Assembly: GCA_011109175.1 (NCBI GenBank) | Contig: RDEW01000029.1 | Coordinates: forward strand, 774,052-838,051 | Length of the DNA stretch: 64,000 nt | Direction: 5' to 3' | Origin: Dicyema japonicum | Taxonomy: Eukaryota > Animalia > Dicyemida | Shown here: in pieces, positions 13,746-26,010 of the stretch | Numbering within the stretch: position 1 is the stretch's first letter | How the letters are laid out: each line of letters opens with the position of its first letter | The notes under the pieces: generated by a model | Seen by the model: only the letters and a program-made list of their open reading frames with translations | The model's database searches: none | What the model was told of the DNA's origin: nothing | Translations under genes and position numbers: made by a program

Positions 13746-14416
13746 AATCCCGGCCTGACAAATTTGTAAGAGACCGGCGAGTATTAAGTAGGATGCAACA
13801 AATGCCTGTAGCTTTCATAGATCAGTAAGTCTTGGCATTGTAGACGAATACTGTAATTCAAGAATATTCAAAAAGGTGAATTACTGTCAATTTGGAAGAG
13901 TTGCAAAAGGAATAGAAAACATTTTTACAAGTTCACTTATGTTTGTAGAGAGGGGTGGTGCCCACATCGTAGATGAGCCAGGTTCACTCAGTCCATCGGA
14001 AGAGAGGATTTTGATTAGAGAAGAGGGCCCGCTGTAGGATTTTATTATCATCGATTCTACTCTCTTAAAACATGGCATCCTAACGAAAAAAGTTATTAGA
14101 ATTCTCAAGAACCCACATATCAATCACAGACTACGTATGCGAATTATTGAGAAAATAATTTGAAACGACCATGAGAATTATCTGTCATTTATATGTATAC
14201 TTCCGGGAATGAAAGAGGAAAGATCACATCACCTTTATCGTACAAAATATCATATTTTTAAGACTATAAGGTTTATTCTTAGAGCATTCCTATTAACCAA
14301 AAAAGGAATGCATCTCATTGCGGAGGTTTCTTTTTCCAGCATAGCCTCAAAGCTAACAGACAAAGAAATCCTTCCTGCGGGGTTCAATCAATTTCAGCTA
14401 CTTTAGAATACTAATT

Positions 14417-14810
14417 GAGCTTAAATGACACAGTTAATTAAATTCAGTAATTGGGCTTAAATGACTCAGTAAACTAAATTCAGTAATTGGGCTTAAATGA
14501 CTCAGTAAACTAAATTCAGTAATTGGGCTTAAATGACTCAGTAAACTAAATTCAGTAATTGGGCTTAAATGACTCAGTAAACTAAATTCAGTAATTGGGC
14601 TTAAATGACTCAGTAAACTAAATTCAGTAATTGGGCTTAAATGACTCAGTAAACTAAATTCAGTAATTGGGCTTAAATGACTCAGTAAACTAAATTCAGT
14701 AATTGGAATTAAATGACCCAGTTAACTAAATTCAGTAATTGGGGTTAAATGACCCAGTTAACTAAATTCAGTAATTGGGCTTAAATGACTCAGCAAACTA
14801 AATTCATTAC
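14417..14810. repeat. 36-bp minisatellite, about 11 units
   Basis: Head-to-tail GGGCTTAAATGACTCAGTAAACTAAATTCAGTAATT with no spacers. Confidence 0.95.
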
Positions 14811-15294
14811 TGTAAGTTGTTCATATGATTAAGACCCGGAGACTCGGTTCTTGCCAACTAAAGAGCAGAGTTTAAATATTTTATAGGAATAACGACTGAT
14901 GATGCTATTTTAAGGACTAAATGGTGAGATTAGCTGATTCAAGTCGCATAGAAGAGGTAATGTGAGGTAGACGAAAGATCATTGTCATTAATCTTTATAA
15001 TTAAGCTATTAATGATCTTGGGATTTGTCTGATAAAAAATGTTTTCAAGGATACTCTAATAAACAAGTTTAGAAATGAGGATTTTTTTTCTGTAATAACA
15101 GTTTCCATATTATTAGACTTCATGTCTTTACATTCTCCACTTTCTGTTATAGAAGACATATAGTAAAAACTATGTTATAATAATATCCACTGGACATTTG
15201 ATTGTAGTAATTATATTTATAAATCTTAATATTTCAACTTTTGAAAAGCACCAATTAATTCTAATTAATTCAATATTATATATTGTTCACCTAT

Positions 15295-15555
15295 AACCTA
15301 GTTACAAGTTACATTCATAAATATGTGACCTATATTTGAAAACCAGTATTAACCCCATAAAACACAAACAATTAACTAATTTAATTATTTTTTCTGCTTT
15401 TGAAACGACTATAGAGTTTAAATATTTTTTTATTTTGTACAAACATCGTTTTTTCTAAACTTTTTTATATAAAATACATCAAAATGGTAAGACAAAATAA
15501 AACTCCACAAAGAAACCCTAATAAAATCCCTGAAAATTAAAAATTTTAAAATAAC
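15295..15555 (-). pseudogene. Duplicated TM/cytoplasmic-tail exons and 3' flank of the lectin gene
   Basis: Diverged copy of 18702-18972. It encodes GILLGFLCGVLFCLTIL, keeps both tiny introns, and has a frameshifted tail. Confidence 0.7.
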
Positions 15556-15564
15556 CTAGTTAAA

Positions 15565-18500
15565 AAAAAAACGTGTTGTCGTTGTGTTGTTGTTTTTCGC
15601 CTATTGTGATTATTTTCCTATTTTTGACTTTCTCTTATTGACTATTTTCGCCTATTGAGACTATTATCCTATTCTTGATTTTCGCCTATTGAGATTATTC
15701 CCCTATTATTGATTTTCGCCTATTGTTGATTCAGTGGAATGTTACTCGAAAAGTCATCGTCTAATTGCTCTGCCTGCAACATGAGCAATTTGAGAAAGTT
15801 TGGAATTTCTTGTTCTGCCTGTGGAGTCTTCTTTCACCTCGGGTGTTTGAAGCTCTCTCAGGTCTCTATCCGTGCTCTTGGGTATGGCACTGCCGCTCGT
15901 GCCTTGGAATTGGTTCGGGGTTTCCTAATGGTCACGCGAGTGCATGTACCTCCGGGGAAGACCTTTCCCATTTGGATCCAGATTCGCTGCTCAAAATTAT
16001 CAATGAACGCCGGTCATCGAGGAGTATCCCGGTGAAGATCCCTAAATCTGCCCGCCCCCTAGCTGCCGAAGCCTTAACTAAAGCAATCGACGATGCACTC
16101 CGCTCCGACTCTATAAACGACTGAATACGTTTGTTTAATTTTGCTCCTTTCGCTCTTGGCTCCTCCAGAGATCGCAATCGGAAAGAGTCTCTCTTGATTG
16201 AGATGAAGAACAACATCCGCGCATTTATAGATGGAACTCACTTTACGGACCTCACGTCCTTCTGCATCCGTGCAACTGAGACTGGAGTTCAACTCGGGAA
16301 ACGGAGATTCTTCGCCTAAGAAGGACCGGACGATCGAAGTTGCTTGAAGGAGGAACCCGATCCGCATTGAAGGCCCTCTCACTCTCAGATGGACCACGCA
16401 ATCCAACCATTGTTACAAGACTCTATTGGGGAAACATCCACCCTCTCCGAATGACCTACGCCTTTGCTCGCCCCATCAGAAGTGAGCCCTTTGACCACGT
16501 CGCCTGAGGATGTCATCACGGCGTTATGGAACTTTGCACCAAGTAGCTGTTGAGGTCTCGATGGCTTAAGGCCCGGCCATCTTAAAGACCTTATTTCATC
16601 GACTATTGGAGACCAAGCAAGTCGTCTTTTATACTCACTCACTTCTCTTATGAACAGGATATTATCTGGACATCTACCTGATTTGATACGCCATATCTTG
16701 TTTTCGGCTAGTCTGATTGCCGTCGACAAGAAGGGCGGTGGAATCCGCCCGATCGCGGTCGGATTCACTTTCAGAAGACTAGCAGCCAAGATTGCTTTCA
16801 GATTTTCTACGTCAATCTTGTCAAAATCCTTACTTCCCAGTCAAGTTGGAGTCGGAGTTCGTCTTGGATGTGAGGCAGCCGTTCACTCCGTCAGAAGATT
16901 CAGGAACAGCAGCATTCAAGACTTTAAAAGGCACATTATGGTAAAACTGGACATCAAGAACGCTTTTAACAGCTTAAGAAGAGACTGCATTCTGGAGGCC
17001 TGCAAGGAAAGATGTCCGTACATATTTGAACTGGTCAATTATTCATACGGAAAACCTTCATCACTATTGCACGGGGATTTCATAGTTCCATCGTCCTCAG
17101 GTGTTCAACAGGGCGACCCCCTCGGACCACTGCTGTTCTCCCTCGGCATTGAGAGGATCACGAAGCTCTCTAGATGCCCACTCAACATCTGGTACCTCGA
17201 TGACGCTGTCTTAGGAGGTCCCCCGGAAACGGTCTTCCAGGACTTAGAAGTACTCATCCCCGCGCTGTCCGAGGTGGGTCTTCAGTTGAATATAACGAAA
17301 TGTGAAATAACAAACTGTGGTCTTGCTGACGATGACTTCTCTTCAATTGTTCAAAAATTTTACTCCTTGTTTCCCGGTGGGATTTCGACCCCTGAAAATG
17401 AATTGATTTTTCTTGGATCCCCGATCACTAGTAATGCGATGAAGCATGTCCTCCTTGACAAAAAACGACTCCTATGCGATTCGCTGGAAAGATTACAGCT
17501 GCTGGACTTGCACACAGCACTATTCCTATTGAAAAGAAGTCTCAACATCCAGAGAATCTCCTATCTACTAAGGACAGCTCCATATTATTCTCAACTGGAG
17601 CTGCTCGAGAATTTTGATTTGTCTCTCCTCAGCTCGACGGAGCAAATATTTAATGTCCGATTCGACGATGATACATGGATGCAGGCTACACTCCCAGTTA
17701 GATTCGGGGGTCTTGGAATCCGTCGAACTTTGGACGTCTCACTTCCCGCTCATTTATCATCACTCACGGCCTGCGAACCTTTGGTCAGGAGGATTCTACA
17801 CTCCCCACCCGAATTCTCAACTGACCAAGAGATAATCCACGCACGAGAAGCCTGGAATGCCACCAACCTCCCCCTGCCTCCTTCCCAAGATCGCCAGCGA
17901 AACCTGGACAACTTATTATGCTGGAAATCATTTGGACTCCTACTGGAATCTGCCAATCAGCACCGACGCGCTTGTTTGCTTTCGGGGGCTTCCCCTGAGA
18001 GCGGAGCTTGGCTAAACGCCATCCCCAATGGAGCTTTGGGCACTTTTCTGGATGATGAATGCGTTAGAACTGGTATCTCTCTGCGGCTGGGACTAAAAGT
18101 ATGTGTACCTCACCCGTGCCGATGTGGTCCTGATAGACTGCTATGGCCTGCACCCTCTCGCCTGCAGGAGGAGCGCTGGCAGATCCCCAAGGCACAAGGC
18201 TCTGAATGAAATTGTCAGGCGAGCTATGGATGCTGCTGGATACTCGGCCATTCTTGAACCGGTCGGGTTATGCAGAAGTGACGGGAAACGACCGGACGGG
18301 ATGACCATATTTCCATTTGAGGCCGGGAAACCACTGGTTTGGGATGTGACATGTACAGACACGTTCGCCCAGAAAAATCTTCACGAGAGTGCTACAAGGG
18401 CCTGTTCAGCATCCGTAAAGGCGGAGAAGGCCAAACTCGTTAAATACGTCGACCTTCCCGATGATGTCAAATTTGTTCCCCTTGCTATGGAGACTTCCGG

Positions 18501-18691
18501 ATCCTACTCCCCCTCTACACTCGAGTTTTTCGGACGTCTTGGAAACCGGATCACCTCATGCACTGTAGATCTCCGTGAACGCCGCTGGCTATTTGAGCGA
18601 ATTTCGCTCGCAATTTTGAGAGGGAACAGCCACGCAGTGAGGGCGGAAACTACCTGACTTCTATTGTTTAAATTTACTTGTCAATAAAGTC
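15565..18691 (+). mobile_element. Near full-length CRE-clade non-LTR retrotransposon (PHD + RT + CCHC + RLE)
   Basis: GGIRPIAVG, GCEAAVH, KLDIKNAFNS, QQGDPLGPLLF, WYLDD, LPVRFGGLG, CxCG...HxLxC...RH, DGKRPDG...WDVTC, ETSG...RGN; AATAAA at 18683; imperfect 22-25 bp TSD. Confidence 0.9.
15594..15730 (+). repeat. About 34-bp tandem repeats in the CRE 5' UTR
   Basis: Roughly 4 copies of ttttcgcctattgagactattatcctattcttga. Confidence 0.75.
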
Positions 18692-18786
18692 AAAATTTAA
18701 AAACCTAGTTAAACAAGTTTACATTCTTAAATATAAGTGACCTGTTTTTGAAAACCAGAATTAAGCCATAAAACAAAAAAGATTCA

Positions 18787-19985
18787 CTATTTAACTATTT
18801 TTTTCTGCTTTTGATTGATTCCTCCATGAAGTGTAGCTGTTTTTTCATTTTTGTGAAAATATCGTTTTTTTCTGAATTTTTTTATATAAAAAACCTCAAA
18901 ATGGAAGGACAAAATAAAACTCCACAAAGAAACCCTAATAAAATTCCTGAAAATTAAATAATTTAAAGTAACCAATATAATTTAATAGACCTTTAGAGCA
19001 TTCTGACTCGACTGAATGTGCAGATTCTGATCCACTTAGTTTAGAAATATTTGAAGGTTTATTTGTTGTTGAAATCATTTGTATCGATTCTTCCATAACT
19101 ATAGATTTTAAGGTGGTACTAGTTGGGGTTTCTTCAGTTGCTTGGTTAGTAGTTGCAGAAATTGGGGTCGGACTATAAGCGGTTGTTTCTGTCGTTCTTT
19201 TAGTAGTTTCAGAAGTTGAGATCTGACTATTAGCGGTTGTTTCTGTCGTTCTTTTAGTAACTTCAGAAGTTGAGATCGGATCACTAGCAGTTGTTTCTGT
19301 CGTTCTTTTAGTAGTTTCAGAAGTTGAGGTCGGATCATCAGCGTTTGTTTCTGTCGTTCTTTTAGTAGCTTCAGAATTGGAGGTATGACTATTACTGATC
19401 ATTCCGACTGGCTTTTTAGTAAATGTAATGGTTGTTTGTGGTAGAGCATCTGTTTATTAAAGCATAAACTTACTTGTTTGACATGCGAATCCTTGAAAAT
19501 ATTGAGAATTATAACAATTACAACGTTTCCATCGCCAAGCAAAATATTTTGATAGACAAATACAGTTTTCAAAAGTAGAATAAGGATCGGGAACAAAGTC
19601 TGTATAATTCAAAGGTTTTCCTTGAAAGTAAAAAACTTATCTACCATTAAACATCCAGACCGAATTTTCATAATATCCAGCTATGTAGATACGAGTATTA
19701 TCATCAAAATGCCTTGTATTTAAATATGCACTAATATTCGTTGAAGTTTCATCTGATTCAATTAATGCCTAAAATATCAATGAAGATTACAATTTCCGCT
19801 CTCATTTGGCTGCATAACTTTTTAGCATCGAAATAACTTATTTGTTGAATAACAAAATAATAGCAGAATAGGTTATGCTCAAACACATTATTTCCATATG
19901 TATTCTTAACAGGACATTCACAAAAAACTAAAAAATATCAAAATAAAATAATCAGAAATGATTAAAACAAAAAGGTTATACATAA
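18787..19985 (-). CDS. C-type lectin domain + Thr-rich mucin stalk + TM + basic tail (type I membrane protein); 5' end unresolved
   Basis: Introns 19769-19790, 19621-19644, 19450-19473, 18947-18972 and 18872-18894 give ECP...FCYYF...SYFDAKKLC...WMFNGKPLNYTDF...ENCICL...WRWKRCNC...FACQ, then 18-aa TTKRTTETT repeats, then IGILLGFLCGVLFCPSIL-RKKR. Confidence 0.8.
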
Positions 19986-20068
19986 TTGGGTCAAACATTT
20001 AGGTATTATTTATTTTATGAAAATTATTCATTATTTTTATTTTTAATTACAATTTTATTAAAAAATTA

Positions 20069-21300
20069 CGTGTCTGTTGGCGGTTGTTGTTGCGCTCATC
20101 GTTCCCACTTCGAGGAAAAAAGTACCAGCCAGGTCAACTGATATTTGTTCGTCTTGTCGGCTTGTCAGAACTCAGAAGCGTGGGATTTCCTGCTCTGCTT
20201 GTGAAGATTTTTTTTACCTCGGTTGTATCAAGTTATCCCAAGCCTCAACGAGCGTGCTTGGAGTATTGCACTGCCAGTCATACCTTGGCCTAAGCAGGGA
20301 GGTTTCCCCTGCCCGCGCCAATGTTAACTCTCCCGTTAATTGCCAATCAACCACTGACTCTGAAATGTTGATACGCCTCATCTCTGAGTTACTTTCTTCC
20401 CGGACTATCCCTGTGAGGATTCCCAACGGCCGTACTACCTGTCGCTGCGGAGGCTCTTTCCAAAACGACCGAAGACGCCATCTGGACTAACGCAGTACTT
20501 GATTGGATACGCTTATTTAGTTTTGCGCCTTACGCTTGATCGAGATGGTCACGGAAGGTAGTCTCTCGCTACTACCATGAGGACCAACATTCGTTCTTTT
20601 TTGGGAGGTATCCATATCCCCAGTTGTCCTATGGCTTTTAATCATACGAGGGAAATATGTGATCAAGACGAGAGAGTCGAAGTGCTAAGTCTCAAGAGAA
20701 CTGTTCGGTCGAAGTTAATCAAAAGTAGCACCCGAATAGCCATCAGATCACCTTCCTCAAGTGGAACGCGAAAACCGATTCCCGACGCATACAATAGTTT
20801 ACTGACCAAACATCCTCTGCCACCCCAAAACCTACGCCCAGTGGCTCCCCCATCCGGAGTTAGTCCCTAATTGCATCAAACGATGAAGTTCTCCTCGCAA
20901 TACGTAATTTTGCCCGTAGTAGCAGTGGTGGGCTCGACGGAATGAGACCTGGCTACCTGAAGGATATACCTCTTTGTCCATAAGAGACCAGGAACTTAGT
21001 CATATAAATTAAATTACTTCACTTATGCACTGGATGATGTCTGGAGTTCTTCCCGAAGTTATCCACCATGTCATGTTCTCCGCCAATTTGATAGTCTTTG
21101 ATAAGAAGGAGGCGGAGTACGACCAGTTGAGGTCGGGTTTGTCTTCAGATGACTGGCTGCCAAAATTGCCTCCAGACATTCTATTCCACTCGTCACAAAA
21201 TTCTTGAACCCCCCTCAAGTAGGTGTCGGTATTCGCTTGGGAAGCGAGATGTGAAACCATTCAGTGAGGACACTCATAAACCACAGTATAAAAGATTTCC
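20069..21300 (+). mobile_element. CRE-clade element, 5' half (PHD and RT start), degenerate
   Basis: 5' end acgtgt..gttgttg like 15571; CSSC...ISCSAC...YLGC...LHCQSY; IPVRIP; FSANLIVFDKK. Confidence 0.8.
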
Positions 21301-21304
21301 GGGT

Positions 21305-23740
21305 ACATGGTCATATCGCCGCGCATTTCAAGGAGAAGAAGTGTCTCAAGTGCAGAGGGGAACACGACCTTGTGTGTGAATTTTCTCCAGATGTGAAGAC
21401 AAATTGTATTAATTGTGGAGGACCAGGGCATAATACCCGATACAGAGGATGTCCTGCTATGAAGGAGGCAACCAGGAAAATGATCCCTATAAATACAGAG
21501 TCAAGAAAGGAAGCAGTCAAGTCAACACAGAAGATGAAGAGGACCAATAAATCACATATTCAGGATGGGCCGGTGGAGCGGAGTGCTACACGGGAACTTA
21601 AGCAGAGCAAGGCAGAAGTTTCCGAGACGGTATCTCGGGAGTTAAGTGAAATAATCGTACATCTGGACAAGCTATGTACACTGCTGAAAGTGGATTTACG
21701 TAATTTGGTGGACCTGGCTGTGGAAAGCGAAAACTATGAAAAATTATTTAAAAATAGTGCTGGTGAATGCCAGCTCCTTGGTGAAAAGGCATGATGAACT
21801 AGCGCTACTTGCGAAGAATGTCAAGGTTGATGTCTTGGTAGTCAACGAGACGAAAATTAAACACGGAAGATATCATAGTATGGAGGAATATGACTCGGTG
21901 GACATCTCGTTAAAGGATAAAACAGTGGTTGGGAATTCGATCTTTTTCCTTAAAAATTGCAAACACGATACGATTCTATTTTATTGGCCGCCGATTCGGA
22001 ATTCGTGTTCGTCGATGTATAATGTGGAGGGACATAGATAAGTGTGGGAGGATTATACTCTAAGGACTTGGCCCGATCTTCTGCGAAAATTGTTGAGTTC
22101 TTCGAAAGAACCCCGATGTCGATCTTGGTAGGAGACCTGAATGCTAATATTACGAGTTATTGATGTTGCAAAACAACGGGGATGGGCGACTCCTAGCAGA
22201 TCTGGAGCAAAAGTTAACTGGAAAAGCCCATGTTTCTGGAAAATGTACAGAAGGCTTACTAATGGAAATTTAAAGGCGAAGAGTATTGTGCTGGCCGATC
22301 ATGAGAGAAGAACAATTTCTTTGGAAAGACTACCTTCGGTGTTCAGGAAGCAGCTCGAGATATACAAGGAGTTGATCCTCTTAGTATTATACTTGAGTAG
22401 TTTTCAGAGGAGATATCTAATTCTATGGATTACTCTATGGACGAGCTGAAAATTCTGGAAGAGGACATCACTCTGGCAGAAGTCAGAACTGCTATACGCG
22501 AGTGCAAGAACAAGGCTCCTGGATTCGACAACATTCCCATGACTATGTTTAAAAAAGGGTCCGATGAACTACTATTTGTTCTAAAAAAGATGTATAACTC
22601 GAGTTTTAAGCTCGGACATGTTTTTCCGCTATGGAAGCGTTCTATTATGAAGATGATCCTCAAACCTGGAAAGTGGATAAAAAATTCTCTTAGTTATAGA
22701 CCAATAAGCCATATAAGTTATACATCAAAGATTATGGAACGAATTGTATTCAAGAGATTGAATCGGCATATGGAAGGAAGTAACTTTCTACGACCTTACC
22801 AATTGGGTTTTCGTCCGGGAAGATCGTGCGGAAATTGTATATTCTCGCTAAATTACGAAATTACAATTGCATTTAAGAAGAAAAGTCATTTAAGCCTTGA
22901 TTGCCTTGACATCTCGAAGGCGTTCGACAGTGTATGGAAGCCTTAATTTGTCAACTTGTACAATCAAAGATATCCAAACAAATGTTCCTATGATTGAAAG
23001 ACTATTTGACTGGAAGGATATTTTATGTGGTAGTCGGTGGAAGATATTCTGATGGTACATCGTTTAAGAAGGGAGTACCGCAGGGATCTATTTAATCTCC
23101 CCTTTTATTCAACGTATTTATGGAAGATTTTCAGTCATCGCTAACGTCAGGACCAAGCTGATGATATACGCTGATAACATTTTAATCTTGGATTCGTCTT
23201 TGAGGGCATACCTTTCAGAGCGCCGTCTAGGAGCTTATGTTAACAATGTCCAGGATTGGTATGATCGGAGAGCCTTGAGATTCTCTACGGAAAATACCAG
23301 TTATTTACGGACAAGCAGGCTGAGTAAGCATCACGACGTGCCTTACACTCTTCACATAGCGAAAGTTTCGTCTCTGAAATACCTTGGAATTGTAATTGAT
23401 GGGAAAGAATCATATCTGAAGGAAATCGAAGAGCCGAGAAAGAAGGCTGTGCAAGCATTGTTCTGTATTAGAAGTCTAAAGTTGGATGGTGATACCTTGC
23501 TTTTTGTTTTTCGTAATGTGATTTTTCCAAGACTTATCTGTGGAAGCGAGGGATGGTTTTACAGCCCCTAGAGAAAGAGGATCCTCGCTAGACTTGAGAA
23601 AACAAGGCGATCAAACTATCACTTGGAAAAAAATTATACGAAAGTCTGGCGAAGAGAACAAACTTGTCAGGCCAGTCAGTGAAGTTATTGAAATCAAGAT
23701 GTGTAACTTCCGAGACCAGCAGAATGGTTATTTGTAAGGC
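21305..23740 (+). mobile_element. jockey/I-like LINE: gag zinc knuckles, APE remnant, RT
   Basis: CLKCRGEH...C, CINCGGPGH...YRGCP; VNETK; KAPGFDNI, SYRPIS, GFRPGRS, LDISKAFDSVW, GVPQGS, YADN, LKYLG. Confidence 0.85.
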
Positions 23741-23959
23741 TGTAATAGTGGGACATTTTAAGAACAAAATAGTACAATTAAGATAATTTAAGACAAAAAT
23801 AAGACAATTTTGCTATTTTTTAAATTATTTTGTATTTTTGACGTTCAACTATAACAAAATATAAAAAATTCTTAATCTGGGTTTTAAATTATTCTCAAAA
23901 ATAACTAATCTAAGAATTATTTTAGGACAATATATATGGAAATTAACAAAAACTATAAT

Positions 23960-24961
23960 CTTACTTTCATCGATAATTAAATTGAATTGTGTGTTTCTCA
24001 TTTGTTACACGATTTTACGTATACAGTGTGCATATCCGGAAATAGATGGCTTAATTGCAAGCATTAAAGCTGCTACAGTAAAAAACCGAAAACGTCGTAA
24101 TTTGTTCAAGGATGTTGGATACCAACCTGATGTGGTAGTTACTAGGTATACTTTTGCTTAATTCATGCAGATGGGGAAGTTGGTTTTAAGCAGTGAAATA
24201 TTATTTCATGAATTTTTAAATAATTTTTGAAATTGTTAACGCATTTTATTCATATTGATTTTTAGTATCAAATGCTAAACATCATGTCAACATTATTAAG
24301 TTTAAATTAACGGAAATCATATTAAATTATTCGCAAATAGTAGATCTTCTTAAACTTTCAGAGTGTTCTGACTACTCAATCAATCGGGTATATTATGATA
24401 TACAAGGACTACATTTTGATAATGACATGGCAAATATCAAAAATTATATAAATAAAAGAATGGAGGCAAATGGATTTAAACCTATTATTGAAATGACTGA
24501 ACCAAAAATTAGCCAACAAGATTATTTTTCTCTTACACGCTGTCAGACATCCTCTGCATCTATTGAAAGAGCTATTAAAATGCTAAAAAATATTTAAAAA
24601 AGGATATAAACTTCCATCCAGACAATATCAAGCATAACCTTTTATTATATTACAATAAAATTTAAATGTTATATTTTATTATTTTAAGTTATAGATTTTA
24701 CAATTTTAAATGCTAGATTTTATCATTTTAAGTGCTAATTTTTATAATTATAATTGCTAGATTTTGTGATCTTTTAGCGCTAAAAAATTTTTTTTAACTG
24801 CTAGAAACAACTTGCCCTAGTTATTAAGTTATAGATTTTACAATTTTAAATGCTAGATTTTATCATTTTAAGTGCTAATTTTAATAATTATAATTGCTAG
24901 ATTTTGTGATCTTTTAGGGCTAAAAAATTTTTTTTAACTGCTAGAAACAACTTGCCCTAGT
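23960..24961 (+). mobile_element. hAT-like transposase remnant with a 25-nt intron and right end
   Basis: LIASIKAATVKNRKRRNLF...PDVVVTR|WGSW; CQTSSASIER dimerization-like motif; terminus ...cttgcccta (TAGGG type). Confidence 0.7.
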
Positions 24962-25393
24962 TATTACGATTCCTTAAAAATATACTTTTTAAGCATTTTA
25001 ACGCGACTCATGTGGACGATCTCGGTATGTCCCTCATTTGATTGAAGTGTCATTCGCTTGTTAGACAATATTTCTAAGACTTTCACTTTTTTAAATTTTC
25101 CGAAAGAATTGATTGACATGATGGATCACGTGACAGATTCATGTCTGAAATAAGACCTACATACAATAAAACGGCTTCAAACACTTAATTTAATTGTTCT
25201 GTTTTTTAAATTGATTTTTTAAATTTCAAGGCTTTTTAAAGTAGAATCTTTAAGGTTTTCAATTAGACTATTAAATTTTCCGTCAATTTGGTTATAGGTA
25301 CTATATATGTAGTCATCCGTAGTGCTTGCCGTAAGATCATAAAATTTTTCAATCAAACTATCAAATTCTACAAGAAACGACCCAACAAAACCN

Positions 25394-26010
25394 TGAGCAA
25401 GACTCGAACCGGACGTTGAAGATATTTTCGCTGTCGTACGGAAGAATACGTTAATCTGTGCGAGTTGATCACACTGGGTGAAATAGGGAGAAGTCCTAGA
25501 ATTTACTTTAACTTCGTTCTCGGTGTATCCGGGGTTAATAAATTAATAAATAAATCTAACACAGAGTTCCTTGTGAGAGTTAGAAAAACCTACTCAAGAA
25601 AATTCGAAACAAACGCAGGCACTCCTCAAGGAGACTCCATATCTCCGCACTTTTCACAATATACTATGAGGGAACTGAGACATTATACCAAGGAAAAATA
25701 GAAGAAGTAATTTAATATGATGATGTTGACCTAATCTCTGAAGACTAAGAACTCCTAGAACATGCACTAGAAAAAACACCAAATATACTTGGGAAAAGGT
25801 TTCTCACTGTAAACAGGGAAAAACAGAACGGATAGAACAACGATCTGAAAGGCGTAAAGAAAACATCGACATCTGAAGACGACCTGGACACACTGAGGGA
25901 TCTGGCTAAGAACAGAAAAGCCTGGAAAAAGCTAACTCTTTTTCTTATATTTTTTGCTGCACATGCGGAGCATAAATATTATGGATCTCGTTAAAGTATA
26001 ATAATAATAA
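25394..26010 (+). mobile_element. LINE fragments: jockey-type 3' end (to ~25556), then RTE-like RT pieces and 3' tail
   Basis: ccggggttaataa tail; FETNAGTPQGDSISP; YDDVDL; gcacatgcggag...ctcgttaaagta followed by (taa)n. Confidence 0.65.

Noticed and set aside
14417-14810. CRISPR array or coding repeat (ITEFSLLSHLSP on minus)
   Set aside because: There are no unique spacers or cas genes, and the context is eukaryotic. The only open frame is broken by TAA in variant units.
15295-15563. Spliced-leader RNA gene repeat as the CRE target
   Set aside because: The unit is explained as duplicated lectin TM/tail exons, and other CRE 3' flanks do not share it.
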